NCBI GenBank assembly: GCA_973895155.1
Contig: OZ316896.1
Span: forward strand, 11,794,830-11,858,829
DNA length: 64,000 nucleotides
Direction of reading: 5' to 3'
Origin: Marsupella aquatica
Taxonomy: Eukaryota > Plantae > Marchantiophyta
Each line of letters begins with the position of its first letter. The stretch's first letter is position 1. The position numbers and the translations under genes are program-made. Below the pieces are notes generated by a model that had not been told where the DNA came from, did no database searches, and was given only the letters and a program-made list of their open reading frames with translations. Positions 63,939 to 64,000 of the stretch are shown here, piece after piece.

Positions 63939-64000
63939 AAGAGAGAGCTGATGTTGTGGCTTTGGCAATTGCCCATTCAAGAAAAATTTTGTTGGATAAT

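Overview
Repeat-rich land-plant nuclear DNA; a non-seed plant such as a bryophyte is plausible but is inference only. One clear host gene is present: a two-exon SPIRAL1-family gene at 27348-27997. The rest is nested, mostly decayed transposons: Gypsy remnants, a Bianca-type Copia, two L1 LINE remnants, two CACTA elements, a hAT-like and a Mutator-like MITE, a solo LTR and a possible Helitron2-like insertion. Two things stand out. (1) An 11-kb Mutator-like element (37424-48450, 9-10 bp TSD) carries, divergent from its transposase, a spliced gene whose product joins a ParB/Srx-like domain (VFDGNHR) to a prokaryote-type beta-class N4C/N6A DNA-methyltransferase-like domain. The same element has 17 copies of a 15-bp palindrome TAGCGCCNGGCGCTA, confined to its introns and intergenic DNA, suggesting a ParB/parS-like or VANC-like self-recognition system. 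(2) Three copies of a ~4.6-kb TG...CA unit with 5-bp TSDs, no gag/pol and a single ~1200-codon ORF, i.e. a protein-coding solo LTR or an LTR-less integrase-mobilised element. All domain calls come from motif recognition by eye; no database search was run.
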